Under the pieces are notes generated by a model. The model saw nothing but the letters and a program-made list of their open reading frames with translations. It was not told the origin of the DNA and did not search any database. From Eledone cirrhosa (Eukaryota): DNA of 64,000 nucleotides. A program made the position numbers and the translations under genes. The stretch covers positions 375,968,001 through 376,032,000 of the forward strand of contig OZ024742.1 of NCBI GenBank assembly GCA_964016885.1, written 5' to 3'. This document shows, piece after piece, positions 39,478 to 54,400 of the stretch (the stretch's first letter is position 1; each line of letters begins with the position of its first letter).

Positions 39478-42400
39478 GAACAACTGCTTTTGAGACTAGT
39501 ACCAACCTAGTAAACACCAGCCCTGGTAATATAAAACTAGATAGAGAACAACTGGTATTGAAACTAGCACCAATCTAGTAAACACCAGCTCTGGTTATAT
39601 AAAACTAGATAGAGAACAACTGGTATTGACACTAGTACCAACCTAGTAAACACCAGCTCTGGTTATATAAAACTAGATAGAGAACAACTGCTTTTGAGAC
39701 TAGTACCAACCTAGTAAACACCAGCCCTGGTAATATAAAACTAGATAGAGAACAACTGGAATTGAAACTAGCACCAATCTAGTAAACACAAGCTCTGGTT
39801 ATATAAAACTAGATAGAGAACAACTGGTATTGACACTAGTACCAACCTAGTAAACACCAGCTCTGGTTATATAAAACTAGATAGAGAACAACTGCTTTTG
39901 AGACTAGTACCAACCTAGTAAACACCAGCCCTGGTAATATAAAACTAGATAGAGAACAACTGGTATTGAAACTAGCACCAATCTAGTAAACACCAGCTCT
40001 GGTTATATAAAACTAGATAGAGAACAACTGGTATTGACACTAGTACCAACCTAGTAAACACCAGCTCTGGTTATATAAAACTAGATAGAGAACAACTGCT
40101 TTTGAGACTAGTACCAACCTAGTAAACACCAGCCCTGGTAATATAAAACTAGATAGAGAACAACTGGAATTGAAACTAGCACCAATCTAGTAAACACAAG
40201 CTCTGGTTATATAAAACTAGATAGAGAACAACTGGTATTGACACTAGTACCAACCTAGTAAACACCAGCTCTGGTTATATAAAACTAGATAGAGAACAAC
40301 TGCTTTTGAGACTAGTACCAACCTAGTAAACACCAGCCCTGGTAATATAAAACTAGATAGAGAACAACTGGTATTGAAACTAGCACCAATCTAGTAAACA
40401 CAAGCTCTGGTTATATAAAACTAGATAGAGAACAACTGGTATTGACACTAGTACCAACCTAGTAAACACCAGCTCTGGTTATATAAAACTAGATAGAGAA
40501 CAACTGCTTTTGAGACTAGTACCAACCTAGTAAACACCAGCCCTGGTAATATAAAACTAGATAGAGAACAACTGGTATTGAAACTAGCACCAATCTAGTA
40601 AACACAAGCTCTGGTTATATAAAACTAGATAGTGAACAACTGGTATTGACACTAGTACCAACCTAGTAAACACCAGCTCTGGTTATATAAAACTAGATAG
40701 AGAACAACTGGTATTGACACTAGTACCAACCTAGTAAACACCAGCTCTGGTTATATAAAACTAGATAGAGAACAACTGGTATTGACACTAGTACCAACCT
40801 AGTAAACACCAGCTCTGGTTATATAAAACTAGATGGAGAACAACTGGTATTGACACTAATACCAACCTGGTGCACACCAGCTCTGGTTATATAAAACTAG
40901 ATAGAGAACAACTGGTATTGACACTAGTACCAACCTAGTAAACACCAGCTCTGGTTATATAAAAGTAGATAGAGAACAATGTTATTGATACTAGTACAAA
41001 CCTAGTAAACACCAGCTCTGGTTATATAAAAGTAGATAGAGAACAATGTTATTGACACTAGTACCAACCTAGTAAACACCAGCTCTGGTTATATAAAACT
41101 AGGGAGAGAACTGGTATAGACACTAGTACCAACCTAGTAAACACCAGCTCTGGTTATATAAAATTAGATAGAGAACAACTGGTATTGACACTAGTACCAA
41201 CCTAGTAAACACCAGCTCTGGTCATATAAAACTAGATAGAGAACAACTGGTATTGACACTAGTACCAACCTAGTAAACACTAGCTCTGGTTATATAAAAC
41301 TAGATAAAGAACAACTGGTATTGACACTAGTACCAACCTAGTAAACACCAGCTCTGGTTATATAAAACTAGGGAGAGAACTGATATACACACTAGTATCA
41401 ACCTAGTAAACACCAGCTCTGGTTATATAAAACTAGATAGAGAACAACTGGTATTGACACTAGTACCAACCTAGTAAACACCAGCTCTGGTTATATAAAA
41501 CTAGATAGAGAACAACTGGTATTGACACTAGTACCAACCTAGTAAACACCAGCTCTGGTTATATAAAACTAGATGGAGAACAACTCGTATTGACACTAGT
41601 ACCAACCTAGTAAACACCAGCTCTGGTTATATAAAACTAGATAGAGAACAACTGGTATTGAGACTAGTACCAACCTAGTAAACACCAGCTCTGGGTATAT
41701 AAAACTAGATGGAGAACAACTGGTATTGACACTAGTACCAACCTGGTAAACACCAGCTCTGGTTATATAAAACTAGATAGAGAACAACTGGTATTGACAC
41801 TAGTACCAACCTAGTAAACACCAGCCCAGGTTATATAAAACTAGATAGAGAACAACTGGTATTGACACTAGTAGCAACCTAGTAAACACCAGCTCTGGTT
41901 ATATACAACTAGATAGAGAACAACTGGTATTGACACTAGTACCAACCTAGTAAACACCAGCTCTGGTTATATAAAATTAGGGAGAGAACTGGTATAGACA
42001 CTAGTACCAACCTAGTAAACACCAGCTCTGATTACATAAAACTAGATAGAGAACAACTGGTATTGAGACTAGTACCAACCTAGTAAACACCAGCTCTGGT
42101 AATATAAAACTAGATAGACAACTGGTATAGACACTAGTACCAACCTAGTAAACACCAGCTCTGGTTATATAAAACTAGATAGAGAACAACTGGTATTGAC
42201 ACTAGTACCAACCTAGTAAACACCAGCTCTGGTTATATACAACTAGATAGACAACTGGTATTGACACTAGTACCAACCTAGTAAACACCAGCCCTGGTAA
42301 TATAAAACTAGATGGAGTACAAATGGTATTGACACTAGTACCAATCTAGTAAACACAAGCTCTGGTAATATAAAACTAGATAGAGAACAACTGGTATTGA

Positions 42401-45400
42401 GACTAGTACCAACCTAGTAAACACCAGCTCTGGTTATATAAAACTAGATAGACAACTGGTATTGACACTAGTACCAACCTAGTAAACACTAGCTCTGGTT
42501 ATATAAAACTAGATGAGGAACAACTGGTATTGACACTAGTACTAATCTAGTAAACACCAGCCCTGGTAATATAAAACTAGATGGAGAACAACAGGTATTG
42601 ACACTAGTACCAACCCAGTAAACACAATCTCTGGTTATATAAAACTAGATAGACAACTGGTATTGACACTAGTATCAACCTAGTAAACACCAGCTCTGGT
42701 TATATAAAACTAAATAGAGTACATCTGGTATTGACACTAGTACCAACCTAGTATACACCAGCTCTGGTTATATAAAACTAGATAGAGAACAACTGGTATT
42801 GACACTAGTACCAACCTAGTAAACACCAGCTCTTGTTATACAAAACTAGATAGAGAACAACTGGTATTGACACTAATACCAACCTAGTAAACACTAGCTC
42901 TGGTTATATAAAACTAGTTGAAGAACAACTGGTATTGACACTAGTACCAACCTAGTAAACACCAGCCCTGGTAGTATAAAACTAGATAGAGAAAAACTGG
43001 TATTGACACTAGTACCAACCTAGTAAACACCAGCTCTGGTTATATAAAACTAGATAGAGAACAACTGCTTTTGAGACTAGTACCAACCTAGTAAACACCA
43101 GCCCTGGTAATATAAAACTAGATAGAGAACAACTGGTATTGAAACTAGCACCAATCTAGTAAACACCAGCTCTGGTTATATAAAACTAGATAGAGAACAA
43201 CTGGTATTGACACTAGTACCAACCTAGTAAACACCAGCTCTGGTTATATAAAACTAGATAGAGAACAACTGCTTTTGAGACTAGTACCAACCTAGTAAAC
43301 ACCAGCCCTGGTAATATAAAACTAGATAGAGAACAACTGGAATTGAAACTAGCACCAATCTAGTAAACACAAGCTCTGGTTATATAAAACTAGATAGAGA
43401 ACAACTGGTATTGACACTAGTACCAACCTAGTAAACACCAGCTCTGGTTATATAAAACTAGATAGAGAACAACTGCTTTTGAGACTAGTACCAACCTAGT
43501 AAACACCAGCCCTGGTAATATAAAACTAGATAGAGAACAACTGGTATTGAAACTAGCACCAATCTAGTAAACACAAGCTCTGGTTATATAAAACTAGATA
43601 GAGAACAACTGGTATTGACACTAGTACCAACCTAGTAAACACCAGCTCTGGTTATATAAAACTAGATAGAGAACAACTGCTTTTGAGACTAGTACCAACC
43701 TAGTAAACACCAGCCCTGGTAATATAAAACTAGATAGAGAACAACTGGTATTGAAACTAGCACCAATCTAGTAAACACAAGCTCTGGTTATATAAAACTA
43801 GATAGAGAACAACTGGTATTGACACTAGTACCAACCTAGTAAACACCAGCTCTGGTTATATAAAACTAGATAGAGAACAACTGGTATTGACACTAGTACC
43901 AACCTAGTAAACACCAGCTCTGGTTATATAAAACTAGATAGAGAACAACTGGTATTGACACTAGTACCAACCTAGTAAACACCAGCTCTGGTTATATAAA
44001 AGTAGATAGAGAACAATGTTATTGATACTAGTACAAACCTAGTAAACACCAGCTCTGGTTATATAAAAGTAGATAGAGAACAATGTTATTGACACTAGTA
44101 CCAACCTAGTAAACACCAGCTCTGGTTATATAAAACTAGGGAGAGAACTGGTATAGACACTAGTACCAACCTAGTAAACACCAGCTCTGGTTATATAAAA
44201 TTAGATAGAGAACAACTGGTATTGACACTAGTACCAACCTAGTAAACACCAGCTCTGGTCATATAAAACTAGATAGAGAACAACTGGTATTGACACTAGT
44301 ACCAACCTAGTAAACACTAGCTCTGGTTATATAAAACTAGATAAAGAACAACTGGTATTGACACTAGTACCAACCTAGTAAACACCAGCTCTGGTTATAT
44401 AAAACTAGGGAGAGAACTGATATACACACTAGTATCAACCTAGTAAACACCAGCTCTGGTTATATAAAACTAGATAGAGAACAACTGGTATTGACACTAG
44501 TACCAACCTAGTAAACACCAGCTCTGGTTATATAAAACTAGATAGAGAACAACTGGTATTGACACTAGTACCAACCTAGTAAACACCAGCTCTGGTTATA
44601 TAAAACTAGATGGAGAACAACTCGTATTGACACTAGTACCAACCTAGTAAACACCAGCTCTGGTTATATAAAACTAGATAGAGAACAACTGGTATTGAGA
44701 CTAGTACCAACCTAGTAAACACCAGCTCTGGGTATATAAAACTAGATGGAGAACAACTGGTATTGACACTAGTACCAACCTGGTAAACACCAGCTCTGGT
44801 TATATAAAACTAGATAGAGAACAACTGGTATTGACACTAGTACCAACCTAGTAAACACCAGCCCAGGTTATATAAAACTAGATAGAGAACAACTGGTATT
44901 GACACTAGTAGCAACCTAGTAAACACCAGCTCTGGTTATATACAACTAGATAGAGAACAACTGGTATTGACACTAGTACCAACCTAGTAAACACCAGCTC
45001 TGGTTATATAAAATTAGGGAGAGAACTGGTATAGACACTAGTACCAACCTAGTAAACACCAGCTCTGATTACATAAAACTAGATAGAGAACAACTGGTAT
45101 TGACACTAGTACCAACCTAGTAAACACCAGCTCTGGTTATATACAACTAGATAGAGAACAACTGGTATTGACACTAGTACCAACCTAGTAAACACCAGCT
45201 CTGGTTATATAAAACTAGATAGAGAACAACTGGTATTGAGACTAGTACCAACCTAGTAAACACCAGCTCTGGTAATATAAAACTAGATAGACAACTGGTA
45301 TAGACACTAGTACCAACCTAGTAAACACCAGCTCTGGTTATATAAAACTAGATAGAGAACAACTGGTATTGACACTAGTACCAACCTAGTAAACACCAGC

Positions 45401-48400
45401 TCTGGTTATATACAACTAGATAGACAACTGGTATTGACACTAGTACCAACCTAGTAAACACCAGCCCTGGTAATATAAAACTAGATGGAGTACAAATGGT
45501 ATTGACACTAGTACCAATCTAGTAAACACAAGCTCTGGTAATATAAAACTAGATAGAGAACAACTGGTATTGAGACTAGTACCAACCTAGTAAACACCAG
45601 CTCTGGTTATATAAAACTAGATAGAGAACAACTGGTATTGACACTAGTACCAACCTGGTAAACACCAGCTTTGGTTATATACAACTAGATAAAGAACTGG
45701 TATTGACACTAGTACCAACCTAGTAAACACCAGCCCTGGTAATATAAAACTAGATGGAGTACACAAGGTATTGACACTAGTACCAATCTAGTAAACACAA
45801 GCTCTGGTAATATAAAAATAGATAGAGAACAACTGGTATTGAGACTAGTACCAACCTAGTAAACACCAGCTCTGGTTATATAAAACTAGATAGAGAACAA
45901 CTGGTATTGACACTAGAACCAACCTAGTAAACACCAGCTCTGGTTATATAAAACTAGATAGACAACTGGTATGGACACTAGTACCAACCTAGTAAACACT
46001 AGCTCTGGTTATATAAAACTAGATAGAGAACAACTGGTATTGACACTAGTACCAACCTAGTAAACACTAGCTCTGGTTATATAAAACTAGGGAGAGAACT
46101 GGTATAGACACTAGTACCAACCTAGTAAACACCAGCTCTGGTTATATAAAACTAGATGGAGAACAACTGGTATTGACACTAGTACCAATCTAGTAAACAC
46201 CAGCTCTGGTTATATAAAACTAGATAGAGAACAACTGGTATTGACACTAGTACCAACCTAGTAAACACCAGCTCTGGTTATATAAAACTAGATAGACAAC
46301 TGGTATTGACACTAGTACCAACCTAGTAAACACTAGCTCTGGTTATATAAAACTAGATGAGGAACAACTGGTATTGACACTAGTACCAATCTAGTAAACA
46401 CCAGCCCTGGTAATATAAAACTAGATGGAGAACAACAGGTATTGACACTAGTACCAACCCAGTAAACACAATCTCTGGTTATATAAAACTAGATAGACAA
46501 CTGGTATTGACACTAGTATCAACCTAGTAAACACCAGCTCTGGTTATATAAAACTAAATAGAGTACATCTGGTATTGACACTAGTACCAACCTAGTATAC
46601 ACCAGCTCTGGTTATATAAAACTAGATAGAGAACAACTGGTATTGACACTAGTACCAACCTAGTAAACACCAGCTCTTGTTATACAAAACTAGATAGAGA
46701 ACAACTGGTATTGACACTAATACCAACCTAGTAAACACTAGCTCTGGTTATATAAAACTAGTTGAAGAACAACTGGTATTGACACTAGTACCAACCTAGT
46801 AAACACCAGCCCTGGTAGTATAAAACTAGATAGAGAAAAACTGGTATTGACACTAGTACCAACCTAGTAAACACCAGCTCTGGTTATATAAAACTAGATA
46901 GAGAACAACTGCTTTTGAGACTAGTACCAACCTAGTAAACACCAGCCCTGGTAATATAAAACTAGATAGAGAACAACTGGTATTGAAACTAGCACCAATC
47001 TAGTAAACACCAGCTCTGGTTATATAAAACTAGATAGAGAACAACTGGTATTGACACTAGTACCAACCTAGTAAACACCAGCTCTGGTTATATAAAACTA
47101 GATAGAGAACAACTGCTTTTGAGACTAGTACCAACCTAGTAAACACCAGCCCTGGTAATATAAAACTAGATAGAGAACAACTGGAATTGAAACTAGCACC
47201 AATCTAGTAAACACAAGCTCTGGTTATATAAAACTAGATAGAGAACAACTGGTATTGACACTAGTACCAACCTAGTAAACACCAGCTCTGGTTATATAAA
47301 ACTAGATAGAGAACAACTGCTTTTGAGACTAGTACCAACCTAGTAAACACCAGCCCTGGTAATATAAAACTAGATAGAGAACAACTGGTATTGAAACTAG
47401 CACCAATCTAGTAAACACAAGCTCTGGTTATATAAAACTAGATAGAGAACAACTGGTATTGACACTAGTACCAACCTAGTAAACACCAGCTCTGGTTATA
47501 TAAAACTAGATAGAGAACAACTGCTTTTGAGACTAGTACCAACCTAGTAAACACCAGCCCTGGTAATATAAAACTAGATAGAGAACAACTGGTATTGAAA
47601 CTAGCACCAATCTAGTAAACACAAGCTCTGGTTATATAAAACTAGATAGAGAACAACTGGTATTGACACTAGTACCAACCTAGTAAACACCAGCTCTGGT
47701 TATATAAAACTAGATAGAGAACAACTGGTATTGACACTAGTACCAACCTAGTAAACACCAGCTCTGGTTATATAAAACTAGATAGAGAACAACTGGTATT
47801 GACACTAGTACCAACCTAGTAAACACCAGCTCTGGTTATATAAAACTAGATGGAGAACAACTGGTATTGACACTAATACCAACCTGGTGCACACCAGCTC
47901 TGGTTATATAAAACTAGATAGAGAACAACTGGTATTGACACTAGTACCAACCTAGTAAACACCAGCTCTGGTTATATAAAAGTAGATAGAGAACAATGTT
48001 ATTGATACTAGTACAAACCTAGTAAACACCAGCTCTGGTTATATAAAAGTAGATAGAGAACAATGTTATTGACACTAGTACCAACCTAGTAAACACCAGC
48101 TCTGGTTATATAAAACTAGGGAGAGAACTGGTATAGACACTAGTACCAACCTAGTAAACACCAGCTCTGGTTATATAAAATTAGATAGAGAACAACTGGT
48201 ATTGACACTAGTACCAACCTAGTAAACACCAGCTCTGGTCATATAAAACTAGATAGAGAACAACTGGTATTGACACTAGTACCAACCTAGTAAACACTAG
48301 CTCTGGTTATATAAAACTAGATAAAGAACAACTGGTATTGACACTAGTACCAACCTAGTAAACACCAGCTCTGGTTATATAAAACTAGGGAGAGAACTGA

Positions 48401-51400
48401 TATACACACTAGTATCAACCTAGTAAACACCAGCTCTGGTTATATAAAACTAGATAGAGAACAACTGGTATTGACACTAGTACCAACCTAGTAAACACCA
48501 GCTCTGGTTATATAAAACTAGATAGAGAACAACTGGTATTGACACTAGTACCAACCTAGTAAACACCAGCTCTGGTTATATAAAACTAGATGGAGAACAA
48601 CTCGTATTGACACTAGTACCAACCTAGTAAACACCAGCTCTGGTTATATAAAACTAGATAGAGAACAACTGGTATTGAGACTAGTACCAACCTAGTAAAC
48701 ACCAGCTCTGGGTATATAAAACTAGATGGAGAACAACTGGTATTGACACTAGTACCAACCTGGTAAACACCAGCTCTGGTTATATAAAACTAGATAGAGA
48801 ACAACTGGTATTGACACTAGTACCAACCTAGTAAACACCAGCCCAGGTTATATAAAACTAGATAGAGAACAACTGGTATTGACACTAGTAGCAACCTAGT
48901 AAACACCAGCTCTGGTTATATACAACTAGATAGAGAACAACTGGTATTGACACTAGTACCAACCTAGTAAACACCAGCTCTGGTTATATAAAATTAGGGA
49001 GAGAACTGGTATAGACACTAGTACCAACCTAGTAAACACCAGCTCTGATTACATAAAACTAGATAGAGAACAACTGGTATTGAGACTAGTACCAACCTAG
49101 TAAACACCAGCTCTGGTAATATAAAACTAGATAGACAACTGGTATAGACACTAGTACCAACCTAGTAAACACCAGCTCTGGTTATATAAAACTAGATAGA
49201 GAACAACTGGTATTGACACTAGTACCAACCTAGTAAACACCAGCTCTGGTTATATACAACTAGATAGACAACTGGTATTGACACTAGTACCAACCTAGTA
49301 AACACCAGCCCTGGTAATATAAAACTAGATGGAGTACAAATGGTATTGACACTAGTACCAATCTAGTAAACACAAGCTCTGGTAATATAAAACTAGATAG
49401 AGAACAACTGGTATTGAGACTAGTACCAACCTAGTAAACACCAGCTCTGGTTATATAAAACTAGATAGACAACTGGTATTGACACTAGTACCAACCTAGT
49501 AAACACTAGCTCTGGTTATATAAAACTAGATGAGGAACAACTGGTATTGACACTAGTACTAATCTAGTAAACACCAGCCCTGGTAATATAAAACTAGATG
49601 GAGAACAACAGGTATTGACACTAGTACCAACCCAGTAAACACAATCTCTGGTTATATAAAACTAGATAGACAACTGGTATTGACACTAGTATCAACCTAG
49701 TAAACACCAGCTCTGGTTATATAAAACTAAATAGAGTACATCTGGTATTGACACTAGTACCAACCTAGTATACACCAGCTCTGGTTATATAAAACTAGAT
49801 AGAGAACAACTGGTATTGACACTAGTACCAACCTAGTAAACACCAGCTCTTGTTATACAAAACTAGATAGAGAACAACTGGTATTGACACTAATACCAAC
49901 CTAGTAAACACTAGCTCTGGTTATATAAAACTAGTTGAAGAACAACTGGTATTGACACTAGTACCAACCTAGTAAACACCAGCCCTGGTAGTATAAAACT
50001 AGATAGAGAAAAACTGGTATTGACACTAGTACCAACCTAGTAAACACCAGCTCTGGTTATATAAAACTAGATAGAGAACAACTGCTTTTGAGACTAGTAC
50101 CAACCTAGTAAACACCAGCCCTGGTAATATAAAACTAGATAGAGAACAACTGGTATTGAAACTAGCACCAATCTAGTAAACACCAGCTCTGGTTATATAA
50201 AACTAGATAGAGAACAACTGGTATTGATACTAGTACCAACCTAGTAAACACCAGCTCTGGTTATATAAAACTAGATAGAGAACAACTGCTTTTGAGACTA
50301 GTACCAACCTAGTAAACACCAGCCCTGGTAATATAAAACTAGATAGAGAACAACTGGAATTGAAACTAGCACCAATCTAGTAAACACAAGCTCTGGTTAT
50401 ATAAAACTAGATAGAGAACAACTGGTATTGACACTAGTACCAACCTAGTAAACACCAGCTCTGGTTATATAAAACTAGATAGAGAACAACTGCTTTTGAG
50501 ACTAGTACCAACCTAGTAAACACCAGCCCTGGTAATATAAAACTAGATAGAGAACAACTGGTATTGAAACTAGCACCAATCTAGTAAACACAAGCTCTGG
50601 TTATATAAAACTAGATAGAGAACAACTGGTATTGACACTAGTACCAACCTAGTAAACACCAGCTCTGGTTATATAAAACTAGATAGAGAACAACTGCTTT
50701 TGAGACTAGTACCAACCTAGTAAACACCAGCCCTGGTAATATAAAACTAGATAGAGAACAACTGGTATTGAAACTAGCACCAATGTAGTAAACACAAGCT
50801 CTGGTTATATAAAACTAGATAGAGAACAACTGGTATTGACACTAGTACCAACCTAGTAAACACCAGCTCTGGTTATATAAAACTAGATAGAGAACAACTG
50901 GTATTGACACTAGTACCAACCTAGTAAACACCAGCTCTGGTTATATAAAACTAGATAGAGAACAACTGGTATTGACACTAGTACCAACCTAGTAAACACC
51001 AGCTCTGGTTATATAAAACTAGATGGAGAACAACTGGTATTGACACTAATACCAACCTGGTGCACACCAGCTCTGGTTATATAAAACTAGATAGAGAACA
51101 ACTGGTATTGACACTAGTACCAACCTAGTAAACACCAGCTCTGGTTATATAAAAGTAGATAGAGAACAATGTTATTGATACTAGTACAAACCTAGTAAAC
51201 ACCAGCTCTGGTTATATAAAAGTAGATAGAGAACAATGTTATTGACACTAGTACCAACCTAGTAAACACCAGCTCTGGTTATATAAAACTAGGGAGAGAA
51301 CTGGTATAGACACTAGTACCAACCTAGTAAACACCAGCTCTGGTTATATAAAATTAGATAGAGAACAACTGGTATTGACACTAGTACCAACCTAGTAAAC

Positions 51401-54400
51401 ACCAGCTCTGGTCATATAAAACTAGATAGAGAACAACTGGTATTGACACTAGTACCAACCTAGTAAACACTAGCTCTGGTTATATAAAACTAGATAAAGA
51501 ACAACTGGTATTGACACTAGTACCAACCTAGTAAACACCAGCTCTGGTTATATAAAACTAGGGAGAGAACTGATATACACACTAGTATCAACCTAGTAAA
51601 CACCAGCTCTGGTTATATAAAACTAGATAGAGAACAACTGGTATTGACACTAGTACCAACCTAGTAAACACCAGCTCTGGTTATATAAAACTAGATAGAG
51701 AACAACTGGTATTGACACTAGTACCAACCTAGTAAACACCAGCTCTGGTTATATAAAACTAGATGGAGAACAACTCGTATTGACACTAGTACCAACCTAG
51801 TAAACACCAGCTCTGGTTATATAAAACTAGATAGAGAACAACTGGTATTGAGACTAGTACCAACCTAGTAAACACCAGCTCTGGGTATATAAAACTAGAT
51901 GGAGAACAACTGGTATTGACACTAGTACCAACCTGGTAAACACCAGCTCTGGTTATATAAAACTAGATAGAGAACAACTGGTATTGACACTAGTACCAAC
52001 CTAGTAAACACCAGCCCAGGTTATATAAAACTAGATAGAGAACAACTGGTATTGACACTAGTAGCAACCTAGTAAACACCAGCTCTGGTTATATACAACT
52101 AGATAGAGAACAACTGGTATTGACACTAGTACCAACCTAGTAAACACCAGCTCTGGTTATATAAAATTAGGGAGAGAACTGGTATAGACACTAGTACCAA
52201 CCTAGTAAACACCAGCTCTGATTACATAAAACTAGATAGAGAACAACTGGTATTGAGACTAGTACCAACCTAGTAAACACCAGCTCTGGTAATATAAAAC
52301 TAGATAGACAACTGGTATAGACACTAGTACCAACCTAGTAAACACCAGCTCTGGTTATATAAAACTAGATAGAGAACAACTGGTATTGACACTAGTACCA
52401 ACCTAGTAAACACCAGCTCTGGTTATATACAACTAGATAGACAACTGGTATTGACACTAGTACCAACCTAGTAAACACCAGCCCTGGTAATATAAAACTA
52501 GATGGAGTACAAATGGTATTGACACTAGTACCAATCTAGTAAACACAAGCTCTGGTAATATAAAACTAGATAGAGAACAACTGGTATTGAGACTAGTACC
52601 AACCTAGTAAACACCAGCTCTGGTTATATAAAACTAGATAGAGAACAACTGGTATTGACACTAGTACCAACCTGGTAAACACCAGCTTTGGTTATATACA
52701 ACTAGATAAAGAACTGGTATTGACACTAGTACCAACCTAGTAAACACCAGCCCTGGTAATATAAAACTAGATGGAGTACACCTGGTATTGACACTAGTAC
52801 CAATCTAGTAAACACAAGCTCTGGTAATATAAAACTAGATAGAGAACAACTGGTATTGAGACTAGTACCAACCTAGTAAACACCAGCTCTGGTTATATAA
52901 AACTAGATAGAGAACAACTGGTATTGACACTAGAACCAACCTAGTAAACACCAGCTCTGGTTATATAAAACTAGATAGACAACTGGTATGGACACTAGTA
53001 CCAACCTAGTAAACACTAGCTCTGGTTATATAAAACTAGATAGAGAACAACTGGTATTGACACTAGTACCAACCTAGTAAACACTAGCTCTGGTTATATA
53101 AAACTAGGGAGAGAACTGGTATAGACACTAGTACCAACCTAGTAAACACCAGCTCTGGTTATATAAAACTAGATGGAGAACAACTGGTATTGACACTAGT
53201 ACCAATCTAGTAAACACCAGCTCTGGTTATATAAAACTAGATAGAGAACAACTGGTATTGACACTAGTACCAACCTAGTAAACACCAGCTCTGGTTATAT
53301 AAAACTAGATAGACAACTGGTATTGACACTAGTACCAACCTAGTAAACACTAGCTCTGGTTATATAAAACTAGATGAGGAACAACTGGTATTGACACTAG
53401 TACTAATCTAGTAAACACCAGCCCTGGTAATATAAAACTAGATGGAGAACAACAGGTATTGACACTAGTACCAACCCAGTAAACACAATCTCTGGTTATA
53501 TAAAACTAGATAGACAACTGGTATTGACACTAGTATCAACCTAGTAAACACCAGCTCTGGTTATATAAAACTAAATAGAGTACATCTGGTATTGACACTA
53601 GTACCAACCTAGTATACACCAGCTCTGGTTATATAAAACTAGATAGAGAACAACTGGTATTGACACTAGTACCAACCTAGTAAACACCAGCTCTGGTTAT
53701 ATAAAACTAGATAGAGAACAACTGGTATTGACACTAGTACCAACCTAGTAAACCCCAGCTCTGGTTATATAAAACTAGATGGAGAACAACTGGTATTGAC
53801 ACTAATACCAACCTGGTGCACACCAGCTCTGGTTATATAAAACTAGATAGAGAACAACTGGTATTGACACTAGTACCAACCTAGTAAACACCAGCTCTGG
53901 TTATATAAAAGTAGATAGAGAACAATGTTATTGATACTAGTACAAACCTAGTAAACACCAGCTCTGGTTATATAAAAGTAGATAGAGAACAATGTTATTG
54001 ACACTAGTACCAACCTAGTAAACACCAGCTCTGGTTATATAAAACTAGGGAGAGAACTGGTATAGACACTAGTACCAACCTAGTAAACACCAGCTCTGGT
54101 TATATAAAATTAGATAGAGAACAACTGGTATTGACACTAGTACCAACCTAGTAAACACCAGCTCTGGTCATATAAAACTAGATAGAGAACAACTGGTATT
54201 GACACTAGTACCAACCTAGTAAACACTAGCTCTGGTTATATAAAACTAGATAAAGAACAACTGGTATTGACACTAGTACCAACCTAGTAAACACCAGCTC
54301 TGGTTATATAAAACTAGGGAGAGAACTGATATACACACTAGTATCAACCTAGTAAACACCAGCTCTGGTTATATAAAACTAGATAGAGAACAACTGGTAT

